A stretch of DNA of 64,000 nucleotides from Candidatus Latescibacterota bacterium (lineage in GTDB: Bacteria; Latescibacterota; CBDEFO01): the NCBI GenBank assembly GCA_965237525.1, contig CBDEFO010000007.1, positions 352,001 to 416,000 on the forward strand, in the 5' to 3' direction. A program made the position numbers and the translations under genes. Under the pieces are notes generated by a model that did no database searches, was not told the DNA's origin, and saw only the letters and a program-made list of their open reading frames with translations. Shown piece by piece: positions 22,524 to 32,945 of the stretch; position 1 is the first letter of the stretch; each line of letters begins with the position of its first letter.

Positions 22524-22797
22524 TTCCCTAACTTGTTGTTCTGTATTTAGATAAGGGCTATTGACTTTATTCTTGTTTAGTGTTATTTTATGGTATTCCC
22601 GCTCGTTCAGTAGAAATCTAGTAGAAGTTAGTAGAAGAATCAAGGTCGATCGGTTCGACAACTTCAAAGAAGTAATGCCAGAGGACAAGGCGGACCGCAG
22701 GGATATTCCAAAGGATCGATGACGACAACAGAAAGCGTTTCCATTCGTCCTTGGGATATAAGACCCGAGAAGACTAGAGGAAACAGTTTTATCTGCT
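22524..22797 (+). repeat. ~275-bp island-end repeat, copy 2
   Basis: Homologous to 14032-14307, including three AGTAGAA repeats and the IS3 remnant. Confidence 0.75.
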
Positions 22798-22858
22798 ACC
22801 CCAGCTTGCGTAATTGATGTCGCTTTCCAGGGAGGCAGTACAAAAGAGGAGGCTCAAC

Positions 22859-23521
22859 ATGGCAGGGACAGAAAAGGGGTTCTCGGAGAACGACAGGAAG
22901 GTGCTCGACGTCACGTTTAATTCGACAGGGGAGAGCGTCAACAACGCGTGGGGCTGGCGGATTCCCCGGAACCCGGATCGGGTGACAGGTGAGTTAACGG
23001 AAGCCGAGCAAGAGGTCACCGAGATGGCCCGGAAGGATACTCGCCAGACGCGCGAGGTCTCACGCGTGAAAACCTACACATACTGGGCGCCGTTCAACTA
23101 CGACAACGTAACCGTGGAGTTGGGACGTCCCGGGACTGGAGTCGAATTCAACATGGACGGTGCGGAATTAGACATCTATCCGTACGGTGCCATTACGATT
23201 GAGGAGGAAGAACCCATAGTCGCGGTCACCGTCATCGGGAGCGGCTGTTCTAACCAAGCCTGTGTGTGGTTAGAGGGGGAGCCCGTGGAATGGAAATATC
23301 CTCGGACCGGCGTGCGCATGATGAAACGCGACCTTTGGGGGATGCACGTACGCTACGACGCGTGGCGGTCCACGGACGAAAGCTGGAACGACGCTGGCCT
23401 GAGCAGCGCGCGATTTGATCTGCCGGACTGTAGGAAGGTCATCGTGGGTGGAAGCTCAGTGGGTGCAGACCCGCACTACTGCATGCGCATCATCCGGGTC
23501 GACGTGAAGGAGAACCTCTGA
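22859..23521 (+). CDS. Hypothetical protein
   Basis: Long ORF with AGGAGG RBS before ATG 22859; no recognised motif. Confidence 0.5.
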   Translation: MAGTEKGFSENDRKVLDVTFNSTGESVNNAWGWRIPRNPDRVTGELTEAEQEVTEMARKDTRQTREVSRVKTYTYWAPFNYDNVTVELGRPGTGVEFNMDGAELDIYPYGAITIEEEEPIVAVTVIGSGCSNQACVWLEGEPVEWKYPRTGVRMMKRDLWGMHVRYDAWRSTDESWNDAGLSSARFDLPDCRKVIVGGSSVGADPHYCMRIIRVDVKENL

Positions 23522-24071
23522 CGGGTGCGCTTAGATGTGTGTCTCAAAAGCTCGTTCCCACTTCCTCCGGGGAAGAGACAAGGTGACACGGTGATTGGGA
23601 GATTCCGGTCTTGAGGGGAAGAATTGTTTCGGCCACATGGCGGAGCTGTTGGACGTTGTCGTCAATCCGTTAGGCCGCTATGGAATGGCGAAAAGGAAAA
23701 CAGTGGACAACGCAGTGCGCCGCTTCCTGCTTCGCAACGCATGCCTTTATGCATGGCAAATCCGCAAGTAAAAGGGAGATTGAGAGATGGCTGAGAGACT
23801 CATCTTCCGAAATGCCGCAAGCCCGGCCATCGGCTCTGCACAGTATGACATGCAGTCATAAGATTTTCACATAAAGATGTCGTGATATGTGAATGGTAGG
23901 AGCCGTTTTCAACGGCGATGATTACTTGCATCGCTTCGTTGTAGGCTTCGCCTGTGCGCAGATAAAATCTGCTCCTACCGCTCACGTATTGGATGAATTC
24001 ATGACGACATTCACATTTTAAATCGGTATCAGTGGTTCACAGCGTAGAAATGTCTCGAGGAGGATCTTGCC

Positions 24072-25559
24072 TTGACTCACATCCACAATCAGAGCCCGCT
24101 CGTATCGAAGCATTTGTTCATCGACGATCGGTTTGTCGAGGAACTGTCTGGTCTGAAACGTCGCTTCCACCAAGCCGTCAAGTGTGATGAAAATCCCGTT
24201 ATCCGCGCAGAGAAGCCCTGGGAGAAGGACGCGGCTTTCATCGATTCGGCGATCGCCATCTACGACGAAGCGCAGGGCATCTTCCGAGCATGGTATCAGG
24301 GCGGAGCATGCTACGGTCCTGAGGATGGTTCGAACATGTGCTATGCCACCTCACAGGACGGGATCCACTGGGACAAGCCTTCGCTGGGTTTGATCGAGTT
24401 CGAAGGGAACAAGGACAACAACATCGTGCTGATGGCCAATTGCATGATGCACGATCCTGCACCGATTATGGATCGGATCGATCCCGACCCTCAACGTCGC
24501 TACAAGGCGGTCTGGTGGGGAGGCAGGAAGGACCCATCCCAGAAAAACGGGTGGCAGCTAGGCCATTGCGTCGGATTCTCTCCGGACGGTATTCATTGGC
24601 ACGAGCACCCGGAGAATCCGGTCTGGCCCGGGGACGCCGAAGTGGCGGTGCCCGCCGGCTTGGAGCGAACCTCGGGCAGATTTGCGATGTACAGCAGTGC
24701 TGACGGCTATGGGATGCGGGTTACCGGGCGGAGTGAAAGTGACGATTTCGTCCATTGGGACCTTCCGCCCAAGTTCCTCCTCCAGCCTGATGACGAAGAT
24801 CCTCCAGGCACTGAAGTCGCGGGTCTGGCGCCGATCAATTATGAGGGCACACAGCTCGGGATGCTCTGGATTTCCCGTAATCTGCCCGAGTTTACCAAGC
24901 AGGAATGGCAGCAGATTGTCGAACAGAATAAACGCCAGGGGTTCTTCGGTCCACCGATCGAGATGAACAATGTCCGATGCCGCGTGATGTACACCGAACT
25001 CGCCGCAAGCCCCGACGGTGTCAACTGGCAGCGCGTCCATCGCCAGCCTCTGTTCCCCTTCGGCCCCGAGGGGAGTTGGGATGAGTGTATCTGCCTGGCC
25101 GCGAGGCCGTTCGCACACGAGGACAAGATATACGTCTATTACACCGGCCATGGACGCACCAAACCCACGCCTGGCTGCACGGGACCTGAGAAGATCGGCC
25201 AGTGGAACGTCGAAACCGGTTTAGCTACGTTGCGCCTGGACGGGTTCGCCTCACTGGAGGCGTACTCATCGCCGGGCGTGCTCGTCACCAAGACGTTTCC
25301 TTTCAAAGGGACGGGCGTTGTGGTCAACACAGATGCAGGGAAGGGATCGGTTCGGCTGGAAATACTCGACGATCAAGGCCAACCGATCCCCGGGTTCACT
25401 AGGGAACAAGCCCGGCCGATTACGGGCAACCACCTGCGGGCGCGGGCAGCCTGGACCTCCGAGGCTGCCCCGACAGACCTTCGGGGCCGCCGCACCCGAT
25501 TGAAGCTTTATATAGAAAACGGCCATCTGTACTCGCTGTCGATCACTGCCGACGGATAG
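24072..25559 (+). CDS. Five-bladed beta-propeller glycoside hydrolase-like protein (GH32/43/130 clan-like)
   Basis: YATSQDGIHWDKPSLG, SPDGIHW and GLATLRLDGFASL motifs; GAGGAGG RBS. Confidence 0.75.
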   Translation: MTHIHNQSPLVSKHLFIDDRFVEELSGLKRRFHQAVKCDENPVIRAEKPWEKDAAFIDSAIAIYDEAQGIFRAWYQGGACYGPEDGSNMCYATSQDGIHWDKPSLGLIEFEGNKDNNIVLMANCMMHDPAPIMDRIDPDPQRRYKAVWWGGRKDPSQKNGWQLGHCVGFSPDGIHWHEHPENPVWPGDAEVAVPAGLERTSGRFAMYSSADGYGMRVTGRSESDDFVHWDLPPKFLLQPDDEDPPGTEVAGLAPINYEGTQLGMLWISRNLPEFTKQEWQQIVEQNKRQGFFGPPIEMNNVRCRVMYTELAASPDGVNWQRVHRQPLFPFGPEGSWDECICLAARPFAHEDKIYVYYTGHGRTKPTPGCTGPEKIGQWNVETGLATLRLDGFASLEAYSSPGVLVTKTFPFKGTGVVVNTDAGKGSVRLEILDDQGQPIPGFTREQARPITGNHLRARAAWTSEAAPTDLRGRRTRLKLYIENGHLYSLSITADG

Positions 25560-26034
25560 TCGGAATGGGACGGAGGGATGTTCAACGTTGCCGTGATCAG
25601 ACGAGGCATATCGGCCTTGGGTTTTGCCCCGCATAGATAGGAAAGGCTACCAACATGTTACCAGGTCGCACTGAGTCAGAGCTGACTTTCAGCAACCAGC
25701 CGTGTCCAGCGTCGAATGGAATGGTTCAGCGTACTGTATCACCAGACCATACAGTGCGAAGAAGAACAAGCCAGAAGACGGAGGTGTGGAGTTTCCACAC
25801 TGTCTCGGTGAAGTGTTCAACGGACTGATTGCTGAGGCGTTCTCTATCGAGGGGTCTATGAACGACCGCAGTTCGAGGAAGAAGGGCAAGAAGCGAAACC
25901 CGGAAGTTGGACTCATCAAGAGAGGTATGTAGTGGGCGAGTTTACCATAGTGGCGAGAGCGAAGCAGGATAACTGCTGATCCGCGTTGGCGGTCTAGCCA
26001 TCCGTGGCAAGGAACGCCCAACCGGCTGGCACAT

Positions 26035-26165
26035 CCTATAACACGTGTACCCGCGGCTTCTGTCGCTTCGTTCCCTCCGGCCAACAGCCTGTGTCACGTC
26101 GGTTGCTGATAAGCACAACCGACGCGCCGATCCGCCTGCGCCAGTTCGGGAACAAACGTTATGGG
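26035..26165 (+). other. attC-like integron cassette recombination site
   Basis: CCTATAAC...GTTATGGG R boxes; pairing L arms TGTACCCG/CGGGAACA; internal hairpin CGTCGGTTG...CAACCGACG. Confidence 0.6.
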
Positions 26166-26186
26166 AAATGTTAAAGGAGGTACGCA

Positions 26187-27251
26187 ATGAAGTATGAACG
26201 TATACCTGTGTATTTAGTCACATTGCTTTCCACATTGTTCTTCGCCAAGCTCGATCAGATAATAGCAAACGATGCACCTGTTGTTGTAAGTGTCGGCAAA
26301 AGTATTAGCCCTCGTAAAGATGTACCGGTCAGAATGGTATCAGAATCTGTATCAATCACAATTGACAACACTATTGCGCGGGTTTACTGCACCTTCGATT
26401 TTCACAATGAAGGCCCCTCTGACACACTAGAAGTTGGATTCCCGAGGGGGTGGGAAAAGGATCTCTACGACTTCCTAGCTAAGGTGGACGGTAAGTTTGT
26501 GCCTGTACGAACTGGAGCACATAAACCCATACACCCGTTTAACTTGGATAAGATCGTCGATTGGAAAATATTTGAAGTGCCTTTCTTGACTAAGGGCAGC
26601 AAGGTGAAAGTACGTAATTGGTATTGGACTGTTTTATCTAATACGAAGTACGACGGACTGTCCGACCAACGATTCGTATACATCCTGAAAACGGGTGCAC
26701 TGTGGGCAGGAACTATTGGCGATGCTACAATCACCATTACCCTGCGGAACACCCATCCTGACCAGATTACAAAGCTAGAACCGTCCGGTTACGTTCAGGA
26801 AGGTCAAAGAATCACTTGGCAATTCAGGGATTTTGAGCCGAAGGAAGACATAGAAATTCATCTTATGCAAGATTTTCTCTATGGACGACTCCTTCGGTCT
26901 CAGATGTTGCTCAAACAAGACCCAAATAACGCCGAAGGTCATTTTCTATCCGGGACAGTGTATTTCAATCAAGAAGGGGTTTTTAGTTCAAAAGCTCAGG
27001 ATTCGTTCTCCAAAGCCCTAAGTCTCAATCCCAAATTATGGGATGCTCGATGGTATCTTGTGGCTATTTACTATTTAAAAGAAAACTGGGATGCACTTCA
27101 ATATGAACTCGAAACAATAATAGAGGGTAATCCTGAATACATTTGTAGGGATGAGGCCTTCTCGAACTATATGTACGCGGATTTGCCAACTCACATACCA
27201 CAAGGATTCTTAGAGAGTGTTCGTCACCACCTAAGCGAAATAGAGAAATAA
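26187..27251 (+). CDS. Exported DUF4424-like protein with C-terminal TPR; probable gene cassette
   Basis: Signal peptide; VRMVSESV, VGFP and YILKTGALWAGTIG; TPR-like C-terminus; flanked by GTTATGGG and CCCATAAC. Confidence 0.7.
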   Translation: MKYERIPVYLVTLLSTLFFAKLDQIIANDAPVVVSVGKSISPRKDVPVRMVSESVSITIDNTIARVYCTFDFHNEGPSDTLEVGFPRGWEKDLYDFLAKVDGKFVPVRTGAHKPIHPFNLDKIVDWKIFEVPFLTKGSKVKVRNWYWTVLSNTKYDGLSDQRFVYILKTGALWAGTIGDATITITLRNTHPDQITKLEPSGYVQEGQRITWQFRDFEPKEDIEIHLMQDFLYGRLLRSQMLLKQDPNNAEGHFLSGTVYFNQEGVFSSKAQDSFSKALSLNPKLWDARWYLVAIYYLKENWDALQYELETIIEGNPEYICRDEAFSNYMYADLPTHIPQGFLESVRHHLSEIEK

Positions 27252-27586
27252 GTTAGCACTTCCCATAACATTCAGAGAAACGATGGCCAAAATTTGAAAG
27301 ACCCAAAATGGGGGGAACGCCGTTATGTTCAGAGCGATTCTTTTGGTATATTTCAGTTTTCTGTCTGTTCATGCCGTGGCCTTTGAAACAAGCCTCGGAC
27401 CATTTGAGAGCCGTAAACGTTTTCGGTCTCCATCTGATTCTCTACGACTCCATAGCGCCCCATCTATCCACTCGTGGGTCATAAAGAATCTAAAAGTAAT
27501 ATCAGGTGCCGAAATTGCATACGATCAAAAACGCTTTAGGACTCTAGCAACAGGTCTATTTGTAGCTGAAAACTCGGGCAGCATTA

Positions 27587-29107
27587 GAAGCCTTGTGAAA
27601 AACCCTTAGATTCAGAAAATAGTATAAAACAAGCATTGATAAAGCAGCTCCGATGTATTATATTATGTTATTGATAATATTATACATGGAGGAAACAATG
27701 ACCCCACAAAAGCAGGAACAGACAAATCCGATGTTTCACTATTTTCAGATGGAGGATTTAGTTCCCGAGGATCATATCCTTCGTCAGATTGATGAGGCAG
27801 TTGATTTTTCATTTGTACGAGACGTTGTATCAGATTGTTATTGCCCTGACAATGGCAGACCCGGTATTGATCCTGAATTAGTTGTTCGAATGATCCTTAT
27901 TGGCTATCTGTATAATTTGAGTGAGAATCGGCTCTGTCAGGAAGTGGGGATGCATGCGGCATATCGGTTGTTTTGTCATCAGACATTTGATGATGCGGTT
28001 CCGGATAGGAGCACGATCAACAAGCTTCGCAATCACAAGTGGGCATCCAGTGGGTTGTTTGAACGGATAATGCGTCAGGTAGTCCAGTGTTGCATAGATG
28101 TCGGTCTTGTGAGCGGTAAACACCTTAGTGTCGACGGCACTCAGATACAAGCTGATGCTTCAGTGAAAAGTATTGAGCCGATAGAACCCCCTGTTTCTCT
28201 TGATGATTATCTCAAGGGAATCGGTTTTGAAGGTGATAAGACAAAGGGTAGGTCCGGGCATCCTCAGGATAAAGACTTTCATGGTGAAAAGTGGACGAAC
28301 CAAACACACCGTTCGACTACAGACCCCGACGCGCGCTTATACAGCAAATCGAAGGGCAAAGGGGCTTTTCTCTCGTTTATGGGCCATGATCTGATCGACA
28401 CAAAAAGCAGAGTAATCCTTGAGACTCAGGGCACGCAGGCGACAGGGACAGCAGAGCCCGAAAGTGCCCTTAAGATGGTAGATGACCTTGAAACATACAC
28501 CATGCCCAAAGACATTCAGACACTTAGTGCCGATACCGGTTACGGTTCTGGTAATTTTATCGCTGATGTACTTGACCGGGGAATCATACCCCATATTCCT
28601 CTGCGAGCCGATGAGAAGATTGAACCGATTCCTACATGGAAAAACAAGACAAATCCAGCACATATTCAGGCCGAACGGGATAGAAAAGTGCGAGAGGCGA
28701 AAGCCAGAAATCATGCACGGTCTATCTCATTAACAGCTGACTACAAACTCTCCCGGAGACTCCGTAAACGCAGTGAACATATCTTTGCTGAAGCCAGGCA
28801 ACAACACGGTATGGGACGAGCCCGTTACAGAGGACCAGCCTCACTGAATGAACAGTTGAATCTTGTTGCAACAGTACAGAATCTCAAGAGGCTTGTATCT
28901 TTCATAAGAAGGGGGAAAGCGTCTATGTGTGCCCTGTCTGTCAAAGACAGTGCATCCTGTTCTTCAAACAGCTCCTGTTCCTTGCTGACCAGAACTCTGA
29001 TAAGACTATTTTGCTTATTCCACAGCAAAACGATACGATATGCTACTCTTTGACCCATAATCGGCGCTTCAGACGCTGCCTGGGACATAACTATTTCACA
29101 AGGCTTT
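27587..29107 (+). mobile_element. IS1182-family insertion sequence, copy 1 (1521 bp)
   Basis: Terminal IRs GAAGCCTTGTGAAA / TTTCACAAGGCTTT; TA (or TTA) target duplication. Confidence 0.9.
27653..29053 (+). CDS. IS1182-family DDE transposase
   Basis: DUF772-like N-terminus (GRPGIDP, VPDRSTI); VDGTQIQADAS, ADTGYG and RSEHIFAEA. Confidence 0.9.
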   Translation: MYYIMLLIILYMEETMTPQKQEQTNPMFHYFQMEDLVPEDHILRQIDEAVDFSFVRDVVSDCYCPDNGRPGIDPELVVRMILIGYLYNLSENRLCQEVGMHAAYRLFCHQTFDDAVPDRSTINKLRNHKWASSGLFERIMRQVVQCCIDVGLVSGKHLSVDGTQIQADASVKSIEPIEPPVSLDDYLKGIGFEGDKTKGRSGHPQDKDFHGEKWTNQTHRSTTDPDARLYSKSKGKGAFLSFMGHDLIDTKSRVILETQGTQATGTAEPESALKMVDDLETYTMPKDIQTLSADTGYGSGNFIADVLDRGIIPHIPLRADEKIEPIPTWKNKTNPAHIQAERDRKVREAKARNHARSISLTADYKLSRRLRKRSEHIFAEARQQHGMGRARYRGPASLNEQLNLVATVQNLKRLVSFIRRGKASMCALSVKDSASCSSNSSCSLLTRTLIRLFCLFHSKTIRYATL

Positions 29108-29431
29108 TAGAGGAACCTACTATGGCGTGATTTCTTACCTTTCGGTAGAGGACTACAATAGGTTCAGGGGAGCAAGGAAGGATTTTGAATATGCGCAGAA
29201 AGATACTATTGAATATCTCCAATATCGGGCCGAAGGTACCGGCTTTATCCGTTTGGACAATCACGTCATATCAGTCGATCTTACAAGTCAGAACGCGGCT
29301 AATTTGCTTCAGGTAAGAGACCCAGTTGTTGAGTTCTGGATCAGAGTCATCGATAAAGATTCCAAGCCTATAGGCTGGTATCTTACTCATGATGAATTCG
29401 TAACCAAGGTACATCAGAGATCCTACACCAA

Positions 29432-29489
29432 TGGACTTAGACGTTAAAATAAGCCTGGATCAAAGTTCGCCCAACCGCTACGAGCTTCT
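29432..29489 (+). repeat. Putative mobile-element end, copy 2
   Basis: Similar to 22071-22128; overlaps and supplies the end of the upstream ORF. Confidence 0.5.
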
Positions 29490-29707
29490 GGCACTGGTGG
29501 AAGCGAGGTTGCAGAATGACGGCCGCTGGTGCGTCCAGTTGGAGAAACTGACCACGGAGATGATCTCGTATGACTACATGGGTCGGTTCGAGACGTTCCA
29601 GCATGACTTCCGAATTCTACTCGAGAGTCTCGGAGCCGACGATTGCCTAACCATCCGTTGCAACTGAACTGAGTCGTTAGACTGAGGGGCCTGGCGAAAG
29701 GAAAAAA

Positions 29708-30556
29708 ATGGAAAACGCAGTGTGCCGTACCTATCGCTACATCAAGGTCCGCCCGATCGCCGGTGCGCTCGGCGCCGAAATCGAAGGCGTGGATATCGGG
29801 CGGCCCCTGGAACGTGAAGTCGTTTCGGAGATCCGCCAGGCCTTCCTCGACCATCTGGTGATCTTCTTCCGCAACCAAGAACTCACTCCACAGGAGCAGC
29901 TCGCCTTTGCCCAGCAGTTCGGCCAGCCAATGGAATACCCACAGATGAAGGGACTGCCCGAATGTCCGTTGATCACAGCGGTGATCAAGCTGGAGCACGA
30001 GCAGGTGAATTTCGGCGGCGTCTGGCATTCTGACACCACTTATCTGGAGCGTCCGCCGATGGCGAGCATGCTCTACGCGGTCGAGATTCCGCCCTACGGC
30101 GGCGATACGATTTTCGCCAACCAGTATATGGCCTACGAGACCCTCTCGGAGGGTCTTAAGAAGACGCTCGAAGGCCTGGTCGGCGTCAACACCTCGACGA
30201 AACCCGAGGTCGCCAAGACGCGAGAGGACCGCTTACGCGACGCAGGCGCGGAACTGAAAGTGCTAGGCGCAGCGCATCCTGTGGTTCGCACGCACCCGGA
30301 GACTGGGCGCAAGGCGCTTTACGTCAACAACGCCCACACGACGCACTTCGAGGGTTGGACGGAGCAGGAGAGCCGGTCTCTGCTCGACTACCTCTTCGAG
30401 CACCAAGTCAGGACTGAGTTCACCTGCCGCTTTCGCTGGGGGCAAGGCTCCCTCGCCCTCTGGGATAATCGCTGCGCCCAGCACAATCCAGTGAATGACT
30501 ATCAGGGGTTCAGGCGCATAATGCATCGTGTCACGCTGGCCGGACGATCAAGATGA
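29708..30556 (+). CDS. TauD/TfdA family 2-oxoglutarate dioxygenase
   Basis: WHSDT, GGDTIFAN, HPVVRTHPETGRK and WDNRCAQH. Confidence 0.92.
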   Translation: MENAVCRTYRYIKVRPIAGALGAEIEGVDIGRPLEREVVSEIRQAFLDHLVIFFRNQELTPQEQLAFAQQFGQPMEYPQMKGLPECPLITAVIKLEHEQVNFGGVWHSDTTYLERPPMASMLYAVEIPPYGGDTIFANQYMAYETLSEGLKKTLEGLVGVNTSTKPEVAKTREDRLRDAGAELKVLGAAHPVVRTHPETGRKALYVNNAHTTHFEGWTEQESRSLLDYLFEHQVRTEFTCRFRWGQGSLALWDNRCAQHNPVNDYQGFRRIMHRVTLAGRSR

Positions 30557-30728
30557 GGGTTCCGCCCCTTCTGCTGTGGTATTACCCAATCATTGGTTAC
30601 ATAGTCCACATTTGAGTCTTGCATAAGTAGAGATTATTTTGTATATTTAGTGTAACAAGATAGTAGCTTTAATCTACAATGCCAACGAATCCATGGGGAT
30701 CGCTTCCCCGTAGGAGTACGAAGAGCGT

Positions 30729-30771
30729 AAAAGCCGATGACTGGGTACCCCATCGAGTCGTCGGCTTTTTT
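30729..30771 (+). terminator. Intrinsic terminator-like hairpin
   Basis: AAAAGCCGATGACT...AGTCGTCGGCTTTTTT. Confidence 0.55.
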
Positions 30772-30889
30772 GTTGGAAGACGCAAAGGAGGCAAAACTTA
30801 TGAAAAAAAATAAAAAGAAAATAGGTCGAAAGACGAAGCTAACGCCTAAGCTACAAGAGGCATTATGCAACATCCTCCAGGAGGGCTAA

Positions 30890-32299
30890 TTGGAACAATC
30901 AGTATTGGTACGGTTAGGGGTCTGCGCAGCTATCGGGGCACTCGGTTGGGTCGTTCCCGCGCCGGACGGGATCAGCACGAGCGGGTGGCACCTGGTCGGG
31001 ATTTTCGTCGCCACCATTGCAAGTTTCCTCATCAAGCCGTTGGCGATGGGGCCCATGGTTCTGCTGGCTCTGGTTGCGCTTGCGGCCACAGGCACGATCG
31101 AATTGAAAGCCCTGCTGCATGGGTTTGGAGACCAGACCGTGTGGCTGGTGGTCGCCGCGTTCCTGATCGCCGGCACGGTTGAGCGAACCGGGTTCGGCAG
31201 GCGCATCGCGTTGTTGCTGGTCAAGCGCCTCGGTAGGTCCATGCTGGGCCTTGGCTATGCGCAGTGTGGTGCGGAGCTCATCCTTGGGCCAGTGGTGCCG
31301 TCCAACACCGCGCGCGGCGGCGGGATCCTCGCGCCGATCGCCCAATCCCTCGCCAGGTCGTTGCAGTCGGAGCCAGATACCGAGACTCGCGAGAAAGCTG
31401 GGGCATACCTGACCCTGGTGGGTGCCCACGCCAATCTGATCACCGCGGCAATGTTCATGACCGGTATGGCGGCGAACCCATTGGTTGCCAATGCGGCTGC
31501 AGATGTACTCGGCATCGAATTCGGCTGGGGCGCGTGGGCCCTCGGCGGCTTGGTGCCGGGGCTGGTCGGTCTCGGACTGCTGCCGTTGTGGATGCGCTTG
31601 TTGTCTACGCCGGAGTTGAAGAGCACCGCAGAGGCTCAGAAGCGGGCTACTCAAGAGCTCGACGGGATGGGTGCCCTTTCGCGCGAGGAGAAGATTACGG
31701 GGGCCGTTTTCGTGCTCCTGCTGGTTCTGTGGTCGACGAAGCCAATTAACGGTATGGGCACGGCACTCGTTGCCTGGATCGGCGTGCTGGTTCTGCAGCT
31801 GACCGAAGTCGACGCGTGGGACGACGTCAAGAACAACGCCAAGGCTTGGGACTGTCTCGTATGGCTGGGCGGCCTGCTTACTATGGCCAACGCTCTCAAA
31901 GGCCTGGGCGTCGTCGACTGGTTTGCCGTGTCCGTGCAGACCCAGGTCTCCGGGCTTTCCGGCCTTGTCGTTGTTGTGACGCTGGGCCTCATCTACTTCT
32001 ATTCCATGTACGGTTTCTCCATGCTCACGGCTCATATCTCCGCGATGGTGGCTGCGTTCTTTGCCGTGGCTCTAGCCTCAGACACGCCCCCGTTTTTGAC
32101 GGTGGCAGTACTCGCCTACTTCTCGAACCTATGCGCTTGCACGACGAACTACTCGACGGGGCCGGTCATCATCTACTTCGGCCTCGGCTACGTGGACCCG
32201 GGCAAGTGGTTCCGGATCGGCTTCCTCATGTCACTTTTCCACCTCGTGATCTGGCTCGGCGTAGGCTTGGCATGGTGGAAGCTGATTGGGTGGTGGTAG
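30890..32299 (+). CDS. DASS family anion transporter (CitT/TtdT-like)
   Basis: PSNTARGGG, MFMTGMAANP and WWKLIGWW C-terminus; the true start is uncertain. Confidence 0.9.
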   Translation: MEQSVLVRLGVCAAIGALGWVVPAPDGISTSGWHLVGIFVATIASFLIKPLAMGPMVLLALVALAATGTIELKALLHGFGDQTVWLVVAAFLIAGTVERTGFGRRIALLLVKRLGRSMLGLGYAQCGAELILGPVVPSNTARGGGILAPIAQSLARSLQSEPDTETREKAGAYLTLVGAHANLITAAMFMTGMAANPLVANAAADVLGIEFGWGAWALGGLVPGLVGLGLLPLWMRLLSTPELKSTAEAQKRATQELDGMGALSREEKITGAVFVLLLVLWSTKPINGMGTALVAWIGVLVLQLTEVDAWDDVKNNAKAWDCLVWLGGLLTMANALKGLGVVDWFAVSVQTQVSGLSGLVVVVTLGLIYFYSMYGFSMLTAHISAMVAAFFAVALASDTPPFLTVAVLAYFSNLCACTTNYSTGPVIIYFGLGYVDPGKWFRIGFLMSLFHLVIWLGVGLAWWKLIGWW

Positions 32300-32945
32300 G
32301 CGCCGACCGCCAAGAACACGATGCCCGCAAGCCCGACGAGGCGGGCTTCGCAGCAGAGCTACAGACGTGAGGTGCACAGGGTGGAGGTCACTCAACTTGC
32401 GTGAACGGACCTGCGAATTGGCCACAAAGGATCCCACGATGCCGGACAAACTCTTCAATTGTGAAGTGGTTCGTTGGCGTTTGCCGTAAGACGAGGCCGG
32501 GATGATTCGCGGCGAGAAAGAACTCGGTGAGCTTCCACCTGACATGATATATGTGTCGTACCCGAACGCGCATTTCTTCGGGGATGAAGTCGTGTTCTTC
32601 TACGACTTCGGTCCTCAACTCGATGCCTCCACAGACCCACCCTCCTGGCCGCCCTACCGAAAGATCGTCATCCGTCCGATCTCGTGGCTGCATGAGAAGT
32701 AATAACGAGAGAAGAGGTACTGCCAAGTATGTTACTCATTCGATAACAGTCACAGGACTGGACGTTTTGCGAAATTGCAATTTTTTTAGTTTTGTAGTTC
32801 TCTCAAAATGTTTGGATGACAGATGACACTTAAACGCCAAATTGAACAAGCGCAGGGAGATGCCGTAGTCTTAGACAGGCTCTATAGACAAGCCGTAGCC
32901 GCTGGAGAGGAGAGTACTTTTAAGGAGGCAATAGCTCAATATTTA

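Larger units (their letters stand above)
27325..29447 (+). pseudogene. Hypothetical exported protein split by IS1182 copy 1
   Basis: Removing the IS plus one TA restores the frame ..ENSGSIRGTYYGVISYL.. Confidence 0.65.

Noticed and set aside
27584..29110. 4-bp TTAG target duplication for the IS1182
   Set aside because: Copy 3 has TTAG/TTAA flanks, and frame reconstruction of mlaD fits a TA or TTA duplication with the G belonging to the IS.
30799..30889. Short ORF resembling a terminase small-subunit HTH (GRKTKLTPKLQE)
   Set aside because: Only about 29 codons with no other phage genes; too weak to call a prophage.
30914..32035. 373-aa antisense ORF, and similar long shadow ORFs over GC-rich genes
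   Set aside because: Opposite-strand shadows of well-supported genes.
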